The notes: generated by a model not told the origin, from the sequence alone. A stretch of DNA of 64,000 bases from Chiloscyllium plagiosum (GCF_004010195.1 NC_057718.1:17104770-17168769); one strand, 5' to 3'; positions 1 through 12,829 are shown, counted from the stretch's first letter. Made by a program: numbers and translations.

Positions 1-797
1 CAGAGGGCACAGTCTCAGAATGAAGGGACAACAATTTCAAACTGAGATGAGGAGGAATTTCTTCAGCCAGAGGGTGGTGAACGTGTTGTTGATCAGTCAG
101 GGGTAAATGTAGGGTAGGGGAATGGGTCTGGGTGGGTTACTCCTCAGAGGGTTGGTGTGGACTTGTTGGGCAAAATGCCCTGTTTCCACACGGTAGGGAT
201 TCTATGATGACTTTCAAAGATACCAAAAAACAAAACTAACAAAGTAAACAAATTGTTGGGTGCACATTGAGGGAAATAGTAATGATCTGATCATAATTAC
301 AAGGATGTTGGGTTTCCTCTGGGTGCTCCGGTTTCCTCCCACAGTCCAAAGGTGTGCAGTTCAGGTGAATTGGCCATGCTAAATTGCCCGTAGTGTTAGG
401 TAAGGGGTAAATGTATGGGTGGGTTGCGCTTCGGCGGGGTGGTGTGGACTTGTTGGGCCGAAGGGCCTGTTTCCACACTGTAAGTAATCTAATCTAATCT
501 AATCAGTAGGAGAGACTAGGACAAGAGGGCACAGTCTCAGAATGAAGGGACAACCCTTTCAAATTGAGATGAGGAGGAACGTCTTCAGCCAGAGTGTGGT
601 GAATGTGTTGTTGATGGCTGTGGAATCCAAGTCATTGAGTGTGTTTAAGATTAAGATTGATACGTTCTTGAATAGTAAGGAGATCAAAGGATACTGGGAG
701 AAGAATGGGGTTGAGAACTATATCTGCTACAATCAAATGGTGGCACAGACCTGATGGGCTGAATGGCCAAATTCTGCTCCTGTATCTTATAATCTTA
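1..797 (+). mobile_element. CR1 LINE 3' fragments interleaved with two partial HE1 SINEs (~95-208, ~310-504)
   Basis: CR1 tail 'gagatgaggaggaatttcttcagccagagggtggtgaa' occurs twice; HE1 body ends in (TAATC)n. Confidence 0.8.
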
Positions 798-1795
798 AAG
801 CAGCAAATCATGTTGTGCAGTTATATCCACAGTGTGGTTAGGGAGTGAGTTCCAGCATTTTGACCCAGCAATGATTTTGTTTTCTGATCAGTATGGTGTA
901 TGACTTGGTGGCTGTGGTTCCCCTTGACTGTTATTCTTATCATTCTAAACAGCAGTAGTTGTAATTTTGGCTGTTACTTTCAAAGAAGCCTTGTAATGTG
1001 TGGATATCTGATAAGGACGGATTGCACTCAACTATCTGATCAAGCTCACACTCTCCACACTCAGTGGCCTGGGTGAGTTGCTGCAGTGTACCCTATGGGC
1101 AGTACCTTCTGCTGCTTCTGTGCAGCACTGGTGGAGAGAGTGGATGTTTAAGGTGATGGAGAGGGTGTTAATCAAATGTCCTGGATGGAGATTAGAATGG
1201 CATTCATAAAGGTAAGTGAAAAGTATTCCATCATACACAAATTTTACTCATGTATTTTCAGAAGTTGACATTCCTAATATTACTGTTCTTGTAGCAATGC
1301 AGCATTATTGTTGTGAGGCGATTTACACTGTGAAATTTTAGCAAGCATTCATGATTCATTGGCTGAATGCTTTTGTTATTCGCGATGAGAAAAAGTCATA
1401 AATAACTTTTTACGGCGAACGTGTTTTACAATCCCAGTCTAATATTACAGACTGGATCCCCCTTTTTCTCTGGCCTGATGCTGCTGCAATTCCATCCATT
1501 TAATAATAATAATGAATGATTGTAAAAGTCAAATGTAAATTGGACCCATGTATTGATAACTGGCTAAAACTGTGCAATTGCCGTATTTCATATATCATTG
1601 GAAACTGGCCCGGCAAACTTCGATCAGCTAAGAAGCCTGACCTTTGGCAGAACAAAACAGTAGTTGGGAGGAGAACTTCTGGCAGCTGTAACTTTGGACC
1701 AAGAGTAAAATATTTTATCAATCAAAACCTACAAGTTCATAGATGGCCAAGTGTTTTTGAGGTGGAGAAGATGACGTGGTGATAATTGTAGTGAT

Positions 1796-2020
1796 TGTAA
1801 CAAGGTCAGCCAGGTGGATGACATAGAATATGAGTCCTCTGGTTGGGGCTGTTAATCTGCTCCAATCAGGGAGCCTTGGCTGACAGATATAAACAGGAGT
1901 GTTAGAGGTTCAGTTCACTCTGAGAGCTGGCTCTGAGGGAGCTGGATCAGTGTCAAGGAATCTCTGTGTAAATAAAGGGGAACTTGGTGACAGGATACCG
2001 ATCTCTGTGGAGTTATTTCA
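1796..2020 (+). mobile_element. Solo LTR (225 bp)
   Basis: TG...CA termini, with CCAAT (1862), TATAAA (1888) and AATAAA (1971) in U3-R order. TSD not clean (gtgat/gaaat). Confidence 0.6.
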
Positions 2021-2825
2021 GAAATGTTACTAAGTTAGTAATCTAGAGGCTATTGTGTTCAAAGAAAGCACAAAACCATAAACTGCAGTTCATAGTAAAC
2101 ACACACATACAATAGATCACTTTTATGGGAATACAATTGAATACATTCCAGAAATTCTCTTTAGGCGTCTCTGGCTGATGTAAAAATGAAAGGTTAAACT
2201 TCAATCTCTTTTAATTACATTCTCTGTCAATTGTTTCATGTTAATCACCTTAGACTGAATGACAAGTCTATTCCTGTGTTGATTTGAGTTCAAATCCCAT
2301 CCTGGCAGCTGGTGGAATATAAATTCAATTAATAAATCTGAAATTGAGAGTTTGTGTCAACAGCACATTGTTATAAAAACTGCCTGGTTCACTAATGCCT
2401 CTTTAGGGAGGGAACACTGTCTAAGCCAGTCTGGCCTACATGTGACTCTAGACCAATAGAAATGTGACTGTCCCATAACTCCACTCTGAAATGGCCCGAG
2501 AGAGAGCATTCTAAGCCCCATTTTAATGCCTTGTCTGGGATATGGCACCCTCAACAGTGCAGCATTTGATCAATATTGCACTAAAGAGTCAGCCTAGGTT
2601 ATGTTTTCCAACCACTAAACTGGCTTCAAGAACAATACAATTATTAAACAACAGCATCTTGACTGGGGAAGTTACATAAGAATAAAAGAAATCCGAACGT
2701 GTAGGCCATTCAGTCTCTCAAACCTGACCCACCATTCTGTTAGCTCATGGCTGATCTGTCCCAGGCCTTAACTTCTTCTATGTGCCAACTCCTTGTGTAC
2801 TCAACTCCTTAATATTAAATACGGT

Positions 2826-3082
2826 GGGTGACATGGTGGCTCAGTGGTTAGCACGGCTGCTGCACAGCACTGGGGATCCGGGTTTGTCTCCAGTCTCTGG
2901 TGACTGCCTATGTGGAGTTTGCACATTCTCCCTGTGTCCAAAGATGTGCAGATCAGGTGAATTGGCCATGCTAAATTGCCCATAGTGTTAGGTGTTTTAG
3001 TCAGATGGAAATGGGTCTGGAGGGTCAGTGTGGACTTGTTGGGCCAAAGGGCCTGTTTCCACACTGTTGGGAATCTAATCTA
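2826..3082 (+). mobile_element. HE1 SINE inserted in an antisense CR1 3' fragment (~2676-3340)
   Basis: tRNA-like head 'tggctcagtggttagcac', body 'tgtggagtttgcacattctccc', tail 'gggcctgtttccacactg'. Confidence 0.85.
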
Positions 3083-4426
3083 AAATACTTGGTGATCTCG
3101 CCTCCACAATTCTCTGGGGTTAAAAATTCTCAATATTCATTCCCCTCAGGAGAAATTCCTTTGCATTTCTGTTTTAAATGACTCTTTCTTTTATTCTTTT
3201 AACTATGTTCCCTAGTCCATTCATGGAAATATCTTCTCGACAGCTTCCCTGTCAAGCTCCCTCAGAATCTTGTGTATATCAATAAGATCACTCCTAAACT
3301 CCAATGAATAAAAACCTAACCTGTTTACCATTCTTGACAAGTCAACCCATTCAGGAATCTGCCTAGTGAACGTCTTTTGAACTGCCCCAATACCTGCCTT
3401 AAATGTTAAATTATTAAAGCAAATGAAAACTAGTGTACAGTTTGTCAAGTTGTTGACCTCCATCAGCACCTTTTCTCCTTATTATAAGTCGTTATCACTT
3501 GAAATTTGGCATTGTTTCATTTGGCCTGATGAGTGCAAGAGAAAGACCTTTGGCAATGTGCCTCAACTTTCAGAAAGATAGCTTTTTAAATGTCCATATT
3601 ATTTTGTTTCTGAGTTGCTCACAGCACCATATTTGAGACTAATTTTAAATTCCTGCTGACTCCAGGCTAATCCTGGGGGCAGGTAGCCTTACTGTTAATA
3701 CCCTGTTAATGTACAATATATCTTTTATCGAGCTAATACATTATTAGAATAAAGTTGATTCTGCATGCAGCGCAATCATCCACTGTCTTTCATTTGTAAA
3801 AATGCTTTTCTCTTGCTTTTAGATTGTCAAACCTGCCAAAATTAAAATTCTGTATTCCTCACAGACTACACAGATCAATCTTTCAGTCAGCGAGACCATT
3901 CAGTCTGAGGTGGTAACATGAATTGTGCTCATTTTTGTTTGTAAAGTATTTGAAGCAATTGACAGAGAATGTAATTAAATGAGATTGAAGCTTAACCTTT
4001 TCATTTTTATATAAGCCGCGGATATCTGAAGAGAATTTCTGGACTGTATCCAATTGCATTCCCATAAAAATGATCCATGTGTGTTCATGTTTACTATGAA
4101 CCCATAGTTTATGGTTTTGTGTTTTTTTGGAACACAAGGACATCTGAAATAGGAGCAGCAGGAAGTCATTTGGCTCCTTTTGAGCTTGCTCAGCTACTCA
4201 ATAAGGTTGCAACTGATCTTACTTGAACTCCCCCTGCCTGCCTTATCCCCATATCTGTTAATTCCCTGAGTACCTAACAAATCCACTGCTCTGTTTATTG
4301 ACTGTACTCAACAACTGAGCTTTCTGAGTTCAGTAAGAAACAAATCACAATTCAAAGTTTGTGCGAAGATTTGTAGCTCGGGTGCTCATTGTTGTGGTTC
4401 TGTTCGCCGAGCTGGAAGTTTTTGTT

Positions 4427-4465
4427 GCAAACGTTTCGTCCCCTGGCTAGGCGACATCATCAGTG
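4427..4465 (-). ncRNA. Minimal type I hammerhead ribozyme motif (PLE terminal repeat), intact core
   Basis: Minus strand reads GCA-CUGAUGA-U-GUC(GCCUAGCCAGGG)GAC-GAA-ACGU-U-UGC. Confidence 0.7.
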
Positions 4466-4615
4466 CTTGGGAGCCTCCTGCGAAGCGCTTCTTTGATGTT
4501 TCCTCCGGTGTTTATAGTGGTCTGTCCCTGCCACTTCCGGTTGTCAGTTTCAGCTGTCCGCTGTAGTGGTTGGTATATTGGGTCCAGGTCGATGTGTTTG
4601 TTGATGGTCACTGAT

Positions 4616-4654
4616 CACTGATGATGTCGCCTAGCCAGGGGACGAAACGTTTGC
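4616..4654 (+). ncRNA. Minimal type I hammerhead ribozyme motif (PLE terminal repeat), intact core
   Basis: CA-CUGAUGA-U-GUC(GCCUAGCCAGGG)GAC-GAA-ACGU-U-UG. Confidence 0.7.
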
Positions 4655-5497
4655 AACAAAAACTTCCAGCTCGGCGAACAGAACCACAACAACAAATCAC
4701 AATTCCTTGAGAGAGTAAATTTCTCCTCATCTCAGTTCTAAACAACTGACCACAGTGACCTAAATTCACCAGTCAGAGGACACATTTTCTCAGTGTCTAC
4801 CCCTTCCAATCTCTAAGTATGTTTTATGTTTTACCCAGAAAGGAAAACTGGTGAATGAGACATAGCAGTCCAATTCAGCTTTCCTGACCAGTGGACGACA
4901 TTTCCAAGTTATACAGTTTTTCGACTTTTTTATTGTTCTTCCCCTCTTGGTAGTTAGATTCACTGTAAATTCCAGAAAATATTGGATTTGTCTATTCAAT
5001 CTCTCCCCAGAGAACAATCCCCACATTCCAGAAATAACTCCATTGAACCTTAGCTGCACTCCCTCTACAACAATTACATTGTCCCTTAGGTAAGGAGACC
5101 AAAACGGAATACTATACTCTAGGGCGGCCTCAATAGTGCTCTGTATAATTGTAGTAAAACATTTTTTTTCTTATACATTTCCTAATTGCTTGCTGTACCT
5201 TTTTATTCTTCATTCATTCATGGGATAAACATTTGTTGCATATCCCTGATTGCCCCTGAACTGAATGGTTTACTTGGCCACTTAAAAAGGTAGTCAAATG
5301 TCAACCACATTATTATAGATCTGATGTTATCTTTAGGTCAGATCAGTTAAGGATGGCAGATTTCCAAAATGACATTAGTGAACCAAGTGGGTTTTATAAC
5401 AACAATCATTTATAGCTTTGTGATTATTCTTTTGAAACTAGCCGTATAATTTAATTCAAATAAAATATAAAACACATTTTCCCCATGTACCACAACA

Positions 5498-5800
5498 GGG
5501 ATGGCACGGTGGCTCAGTGTGCTAGGGACTTGGGTTCAATTCCAGCCTTGGTCGACTGTCTGTGTGGAGTTTGCACATTCTCCCCGTGTCTGCATGGGTT
5601 TCCTCCGGGTGCTCCGGTTCCCTCCCATAATTTAAAGATGTGCAGGTCAAGTGAATTGGTCACGCTAAATTGCCCGTAGGGTAGGGGCAAAATATAGGGT
5701 AGGGGAATGGGTCTGGGTGGGTTACTCTTCGAAGGGTTGGTGTGGTCATGTTGGGCCAAAGGGCCTGTTTCCACACTGTAGGGATTCTGATTCTAATTCT
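5498..5800 (+). mobile_element. HE1 SINE
   Basis: HE1 head, body and tail motifs. Confidence 0.85.
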
Positions 5801-6029
5801 AATTTTAGCCCAAATGCTCAAGAGTACCAAGCTGGCCATCTTGATTAATAGCGAAGTGACATTATCATGAGACCACTGCCTCTCCATGTTGGCTTTCAGT
5901 ACCTCGTGTACAAAGACATTATAGTTCGTTTGAATAAGCACACTGCCTTATCCCCTCCATTCAAAAAACAAACATTCTGTTTTTTTTTTCACTTGGATAC
6001 TATCATACTTGGCCACATTATATTCAATC

Positions 6030-6490
6030 TGCTGTGTTATTGCCCCTTAGCCCAGCTATCTAATCCTTCTGTGGTTCATTTGTGAGCTCTTCAATGCTTA
6101 CTTTTCCATCCAACTTTGCAGTGTCACCAAAACTGAATATGTCCCACTCGGACCACTCACCGAAGTCATTAATGTAGATTGTAAATAACTGACACTCAAA
6201 TACTCCTCTTTGTGGCACTCGAGTAGTTACAACTTGAAATGCCCTGTTCATTCCTCCTATTTTTTTCTGATCATTAACCAATCCTGACTCCATACTAACT
6301 ATACCCTTGAACCCTGATCTTGTGTAATATGTCTTGTGTAGCATTTTAAAATGTTTTAGAAAATCCACTGGTTCCTCTTATCCAAACCATTAGTTAAATC
6401 CTCACAAACTAACAGACTTGTCAAACATGATTTTACTTTCAGAAATCCATTCTGACTCTGCTTGATAATGTTAAGATTTTCTAAGTGTCT
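6030..6490 (-). mobile_element. CR1 LINE RT fragment, degraded
   Basis: ORF 6060-6368 'VPQRGVF..QLFTIYINDF...SFGDTAKL' is a decayed PQGSVLGP/FADD RT region. Confidence 0.8.
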
Positions 6491-6639
6491 TGTCACAACT
6501 TTCTGGTGACACGTTATATACCTTTGAAGATGTGTTGTTCTTCAAAATATTTCAGTTTCTCTTGAAAGTGTATTCTTGGGAGGCAGACATTTTTGTGCTT
6601 ACACTTGGTGGCTGTTTACTGTACAGGTTACTGTATGGT

Positions 6640-7058
6640 TACAGTACTGTTACCTCTCAGTCGGAAAGTTTGTAGGTTGAAATCCCATTTTTTAAAATAG
6701 AAACCTTCAGCTTAAAAATCGACACTGACACTTCACTGCAAGACAGGAAATGGAGACAGTCAGAGGTGCCATCTTTCATCTGAGACGTTAAACTGAGACA
6801 ATGTCTGCTTTCTCAGTATGGGAGCACATCCCATGGCACTATTTTAAGAAGAGCAGATGAGATCTTCCCTGTGATCTGATGAATCAGCAACATAGAAAGC
6901 AAAGTGTCTGGACATTATGCTTTTTTTTGTTTAAGAGCTTGCTGTGCAAAAATTACCTAAGTATTTTCATAGACTACAACTGTGACTATATCACAAATGT
7001 GTTTGACTGTAAAACAGTTTAGGATGTCCTGAGGTCACAAGATGTAGTGTATAAATAC
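6640..7058 (+). mobile_element. DeuSINE/SacSINE1-like SINE, degraded
   Basis: Deu-like core 'gaggtgccatctttcatctgagacgttaaac...atcccatggcactatttt.agaagagcag'. Related copies at ~19420-19660, 25480-26025, 50580-51000 (+) and 30115-30300, 34430-34865 (-). Confidence 0.6.
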
Positions 7059-7376
7059 TCATCTACCTACAACACATGGACTGCAGCTCACGACCATCTT
7101 CAGTGCAACTAGGGGTGTGCAGTAAATGCTGGCCAGCCAGTGATGCCAATGATCAAGAAGTGAATAAAATAAATCTTTTTTTTTCTGAAGTATTGTCAAT
7201 TCAAATACACCCATGTTGGAGATTCTCCCATCTCTGAACCATCTTTGCGTCTTGTTTAAGATATCCAGCCTTATTAGCAATGCATAGACATGTCTCCTTG
7301 TAGTTGTAGAAGAGAACAAGGTTGACAACTTCCATCTGCTGCTTTGCCTTGAACAGAATTCACTTCAATTCCACAG

Positions 7377-7574
7377 ATGAAAGAGTTGGGTATCATCATG
7401 TACAACTGCAGCTGCCTCGGCTTAGACCTGCACAAAGTCTTCTCCGTGTATTGGCAGCTAGAGTACCAAGACTCTCCACCTGAAATCTGGTCAAAGAAGC
7501 TCTTCGGTATTTCCAGCATGCAATCCCCCCTCAAACTACAGCTGAATGGGTTTGAAGCCGATGTCTATCTAGCT
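7377..7574 (+). CDS. PLD5: PLD5-like (inactive phospholipase D family) internal coding exon A, 198 nt, phase 0/0
   Basis: Acceptor ttccacag|ATG, donor GCT|gtaagt. Encodes MKELGIIMYNCSCLGLDLHKVFSVYWQLEYQDSPPEIWSKKLFG...LKLQLN...VYLA, matching the PLD3/4/5 'KELG..yNCSCL..DL..F..Y' block. The ATG is an internal Met, not the start codon. Confidence 0.9.
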
Positions 7575-8011
7575 GTAAGTAATGTTTCATTTTGGTACCT
7601 ATTATATTGCCAGCTTTGTCAGAGAATGGGGCAGACTTACACTTTATGAAACCCCTCATTAATTCTGGAAGTAAATATTAAGCAATAAGTGCATCTTGCT
7701 TAGTGATGATTGTGGAGTCTTCCTATTGGTCCTGGCAAACATTGCCTAATCAACATACAGTAGAGACATATATCCTTGAGTATGACAGACTCTAACATAT
7801 GGTAGAAAACATGAGCTACACGGGGTGCATTCAAACTGTAGAAGTGAGAGCATTCAGAGATGATAACACTACTTTGATACTTCATTCCTGGCTAATGTAT
7901 CAGCTGAAAGTAGCCTTGGCCAGTGTTGAGAAAAGTAATGGAATACAGGCGACTAGCATTCTGACATAACCTTGATTAATACTTGCTAATTCACATCTTC
8001 CGTCTCCATAG

Positions 8012-8151
8012 ACCTCTCCTGAACATTTATGCCCCAGTGGCCGCACCAAAAATATCGATGCTGTTCTCAGGGTTATTGCCAATGCTCAGAAATTCATAGA
8101 CGTGGCTGTCATGGATTTTCTACCCCTTGTCAATCGCAGTAATGCTCAGAG
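8012..8151 (+). CDS. PLD5: PLD5-like internal coding exon B, 140 nt, phase 0/2 (absent from ORF track)
   Basis: Acceptor ctccatag|ACC, donor CAGAG|gtcagt. Encodes TSPEHLCPSGRTKNIDAVLRVIANAQKFIDVAVMDFLPLVNRSNAQ(R), the PLD3/4/5 'SP..lCP..R....DA...vI..A..fi.vAVMdylP' block. Confidence 0.9.
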
Positions 8152-8413
8152 GTCAGTATAACATACTCATTATCTGGTTTAATTTAGATATTTTATGATT
8201 AGAAATATACCATTTAATTTTGGAGCCCAAAAGCCAGTTGATCAGAGTTCAAGACCAGCATGTTCCTGTGAGGATGAAAGATAAGGATGACAAAAGATAT
8301 TGAAAGTATAGTTAAAAAGAAAAAGGCATATGTAAGGTCTAGAAAACTAAAATCAAACAAGGCCCTTGGGGAGTGTAATGGAAGCAGAAAAGACAACCAG
8401 AAAGAGGTGTTAC

Positions 8414-8750
8414 GATGGCCCAGTAATTAGTCCTGCTGTCTCACAGAGCCAGAGTCCCGGGTTCGATTCCAATGTCTGTGAGGAGTTTGCACATACTCCC
8501 ACGCCTGCATGGATTCCCTCCGGGTGCTCCGGTTTCCCCCCAGTCCAAAGATGTGCAGGTTAGGTGGATTGGCCATGCTAAATTGCCCATAGTGTCCAGG
8601 GTACTGCAGGTGGGTGGATTAGCCATGGGAAATGCAGGGTTACAGGAATAGGGTAGGGGAGCAGGAGTGGGTGGAGTGCTTTTAGGAGGGTTGGTGCAAG
8701 CACGATGGGTGAAATGCTCTGCTTCCACATCATAATGAATCTACAATTCT
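8414..8750 (+). mobile_element. HE1 SINE (diverged)
   Basis: HE1 body motifs. Confidence 0.8.
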
Positions 8751-8751
8751 A

Positions 8752-10472
8752 ACCTAAACAAGAAATTAGGAGGGCTAGAAGGGGCCATTAAATATTCTTG
8801 GCAAGCATGATTGGCCCACTCAAGGACAAAGGAGGGAGTTTATGTTTGAAGCCGGAGGCAGTGGGTGAGGTCCTTAATGAGTTCTTCACATCGATGTTCA
8901 GCAAGGAGAAGGACATGGATGATGGTAACATTAGAGAGGAGTGTGTTGTTATTCTGGGGCATGTCAGTATTAAGAAGGTGATTTTGGGTGTCTTAGAGCA
9001 TCAAAGAAGAGTCGCAGAGCCTATTGGGAACTATCCTTGGATACTAAAGGAGGCAAGAGAGGAAATTGCTGGGGTCTTGACAGAGATCTTTGTATATTCT
9101 TTAGCCCCAGGCGAGGTCTCAGGAGACTGGAGAAAAGGCAATGTCGTTCCTTTGTTTAAGAAGGGCAACAGGAATAATCCAGGAAATTATAGGATGATAA
9201 GCCTTATATCAATGGGAGGGAAATTATTGGAGAGAATTCTTAGGCACAGGATTTACATTGATTTGGAAAAGAATGGATTTATTAGGGATTGTCTCGCAAG
9301 CTCGATTGAGGTTTTTGATGAAGTGATCAAAGATAATTGAGCGTGGGGCAGTAGATGTTGTCTATATTGACTTGTCAGTGCTTTTGTAAAGGTCTGGCTG
9401 GTCCAATGGAATCTATGGTGAGTTGGCAAATTGGATACAAAATTGATTTGGTCATAGACGACAGTGTGTTTGTGGACGGGTGTTTTCCTGACTGGACGTC
9501 TGTGACAAGCCCTCGTGGTGTTCTGCAAGGATCCAGTGCTGGGGTTTCTGTTGTCTGTAATGTATATAAATGATTTCGTTGAAAAGGTAGGTGGCCTGAT
9601 TATCAAGTTTATGGATGACACGAAAACTGGAAGATTTGTGGATAATAAGGTAGATTATCAAAGGGTACAGCAGCATGTAGATCAGTTGGAAAGCTGGGCA
9701 GAGAAATGACAGATGGAATTTAAGTGTACAACAAATGTGGGTGAGTGTGACCTGATACATTTTGGGAAGTCAAATGCACAAGGAAAGTATACTGTAAATG
9801 GTAGAACCCTTTGGAGTATTGATATTCAGAGGGATCTTTGGGTACAAGTCAATAGCTCTCTGAAAGTGGCAAAGCAAGTGAATAAAGTAGTAATGAGGTA
9901 TATGGCATGCTTGCCTTCATTAATCAGGGCATTAGGTATAAAAGTTGGCAAGTCATGTTGCAGCTGTTAAGTTAGGCCACAATTGGAATACTGCATACAG
10001 TTCGGGTCGCTACATTATAGGAGGGATGTGAAGACTTTGGAGAGGGTGCAAAAGAGATTAAGTAGGATGTCACTGGGATTGGAATACATTAGCTAATAAG
10101 GGGAGGTTGAACAAACTTGGATTGTTTTCCTAGAACTTCAGAGGCTGAGGGATGATCTGATGGAAATTTCTAAAATTGAGAGGTGTGGATAGTCAGAATC
10201 TCTTTCCCAGGGTGGAAATGTTAAACATTAAGAATGCTAGGTTTAAGGTGAGAGGTGGAAAATTTAAAGGAGATGTGTGAGGAAAGTATTTTATACAGAG
10301 TGTGGTAGGTGCCTGGAATGCGTTGCCAGGGGAGGTGCTTGAAGCAAGTACAATGGCAACATTTAAGAGGCATTTAGGCAGACACACAAACAGCAGGGGA
10401 TAGGGGAATGTGGACTAGGCAGTGGGATTAATAGACCGAAGGGCCTGTTTCAGTGCTGTACTGTTCTGTGTT
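8752..10472 (+). mobile_element. CR1 (HER1-like) LINE, 5'-truncated ORF2/RT plus 3' tail, pseudogenised
   Basis: DWRKGNVVPLFKKG.RNNPGNYR.ISL, MYINDF...IIKFMDDTK; frameshifts and stops. Confidence 0.93.
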
Positions 10473-11424
10473 TAAGTCCTCTATGGATTTGCATTGGCTC
10501 TAAATGTCCCAGTTGGAAAACTTACCATTCCAGCTCAGAGTAAACCGTAAAATTCTGATTTTGATTCACAGTCTGTGCTGAAATTGCTGCCAATACCACA
10601 GTTGCCAATCTAGAATAGAGAAGATTTACGGCAGCCAGACACCTTGCTCCCGATCTCTCTCATTCAAAATTGTGACTGTTTGGACAAGGGGATTGAACCT
10701 GATTGCAATGCCTGAGAGAAAATGGTAGATGAAGCAACTAGCATCCTACAGTCATACCCCACCCCATTTCCCTCAGCATCAGGTGATTCCTTCAATAGAG
10801 TACGGGGTCAGAACAGTGAGGTGCAGTGAGAAATAAATACTGTTCACTTTACAAAACCAGTTACAGTGAATTTACTACAAGTGTACTATACTGAGTAGGG
10901 TCTGTTTTTGTTAATGTGCATCAGGCACAATTTAGAAAACTGGCAACCTGAATGCAGATCTGTTTTGTAGCAGGGTTCAACAAATTAATGTAATTTACTG
11001 TTCATTGCCGGCCTGAAATTATTTAGTTAGTGCTGCAGGAGACTGGAAACAAATGAATTCTCATTATGATGGCAGTACACAGGAAGCCAAGATACTCAAC
11101 GTCAAACTGCTTATCGATAAAAGAACTACATTAGTTAGAAATCAATTTGCAAAGATTATATCAAATTTGAGTAGTTTATGGCATAATGGTTAGATTCTTT
11201 TGATCTGCCCACATCCTTAATTCATCATTTTTAAAATCATTTTTTATCATTCTTACTGCGTGAATGCTGAGACCCAGAGACAGTTTGGCTATGCCGATGA
11301 TGATATAGTATGGCTGTGGGAGCTGTTATCAGTTAGTGGTCATAACATAGGAACTGATACTAGACGGTTTCCTTTCCTATTGGAAAGCTATTGTTGTTTA
11401 TCTGAAGGACAGAATGAATCTCCA

Positions 11425-12660
11425 CTTGAAAAGATAAGGTCTGATTAGGAATAGTCAGTAAGGCTTTGTCAGAGGGAGGCCATTCCCAAACAATTCAACT
11501 GAACTTTTTCAAGGTGATCAGGAGTATAGAGGTGGGTAGTGCAGTTAATGTGGTTTATATGGATTTCAGCAAAGCCTTTGACGTGGTCCTACATGGGACA
11601 TTGGGATCGAAGATAAAAGCTCATGGAATCCTGGATAACCTGGCAAGGTGAATCCAAAATTAGTTTAGTGACATGAGACAGAGGGTAGTGAGAGAAGGTT
11701 GTTTTTGTGACTGGAGGCTAGTGTCCATTAGCCTACCACAGATCAGTTTTGGGTCCCTTATTGTTCAACAATATAGATGAGGATGTGGGGGGATGGTAAG
11801 TAAATTTACAGATGACTTGAAGATTGGCTGGGTGGCTGACAGTGAAGAAGAAGGTCTTAGGTTACAGAAGGATATAGATTGGGCAGATCAGTGGGTAGAA
11901 GGAATCAAACCCGAAGAAGTGAGAGAGTGTGCATTTTGGAATAAGTAACAAGACAAGAGAGTTCTCGATGAATGCCAGGACATGAGCAAGCTCAGGGGAA
12001 CTGGAGGTGCTTGTTCACAGTTCCCGGAAGGTTGATAAGGCAAGTTAATAGGGTGGTTAAGAAGGTGCACGGAACACTTGGCTTTATCAGTCGAGGCATA
12101 GATTATAAAGCAGAAAGGTATTGTTGGAGCTGTACAGGACTTTGGTTTAACTACATTTGGAATAGCCTGTGCCCAGTTCTGGTCACCACACTATAGGAAG
12201 GATGTGATTGCACTGGAGGGGTGTGAAGGAGATTCACCAGGATGGAGCAGTTTAGCAATGAAAGGAAGCTAGATAAGCCTGGGTTGTTTTCTTTAGAACA
12301 GTGAAGGTTGAGGGTGGACCTGATTTGAGGTGAATAAGAAGATTGAGGACTGAATAGAAAGCCGCTGTTCTCCTTAGTTGAAAGGTCAATAAGGGGGATG
12401 GGAGGAGGTTTAGAGGGGATTTGAGGTAAAGGAAATTCACCCAAAGGTTGGTGGGAATGTGACAAACACTGCGTGGGAGGGTAGTTGAGGTGGGAAATCT
12501 CACAACCTTTAAAAAGTATTTGGATGAACATCTGTCATAACATTCGAGAATATGGACCAAGTAGTGGAAGGTGGATCTAGTGTAGATTTAGGATAGTTTT
12601 TGTCAATGCAGACCCCTCCATCGGCCAAAGGACCTCTTCTGTATTGTATGATTCTATGGT
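11425..12660 (+). mobile_element. CR1 LINE RT/3' fragment
   Basis: VNVVYMDFSKAFDVVLHG.L..KIKAHGI, followed by a CR1 3' tail. Confidence 0.9.
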
Positions 12661-12829
12661 ATTCTATAAACTATCTTCTTCTGCATCACTTTTCCATAAA
12701 GTTAGGCTTTCATTCATAAGATGTTGATTATCCCTTTTAATTTGTTTGTACATCATCAGAACGTATGGGGAGGAGAAATTGATTAACATTGCTATAAATC
12801 TTGTTCCATTTTCTTGTATAATCATGGAA

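Larger units (their letters stand above)
4354..4690 (-). mobile_element. Truncated Penelope-like element with inverted terminal repeat, inside an antisense CR1 fragment
   Basis: 15-bp TSD aacaaatcacaattc (4339-4353 / 4691-4705). Perfect 77-bp inverted arms. Minus strand encodes INKHIDLDPIY, like the PLE C-terminus near 27241. Confidence 0.85.

Noticed and set aside
3823..3912. Exon-like segment (ttttag|ATTGTC...GAGGTG|gtaaca, 30 open codons)
   Set aside because: Peptide IVKPAKIKILYSSQTTQ... has no PLD similarity, the expected upstream exon should encode the first HKD region, and the donor is weak.
7301..7312. Alternative AG acceptors upstream of exon A
   Set aside because: Extensions of 73, 67 or 64 nt are all out of frame.
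8798..9340. 180-aa ORF as a domesticated or host gene
   Set aside because: Fragment of a CR1 ORF2 with surrounding frameshifts and stops.
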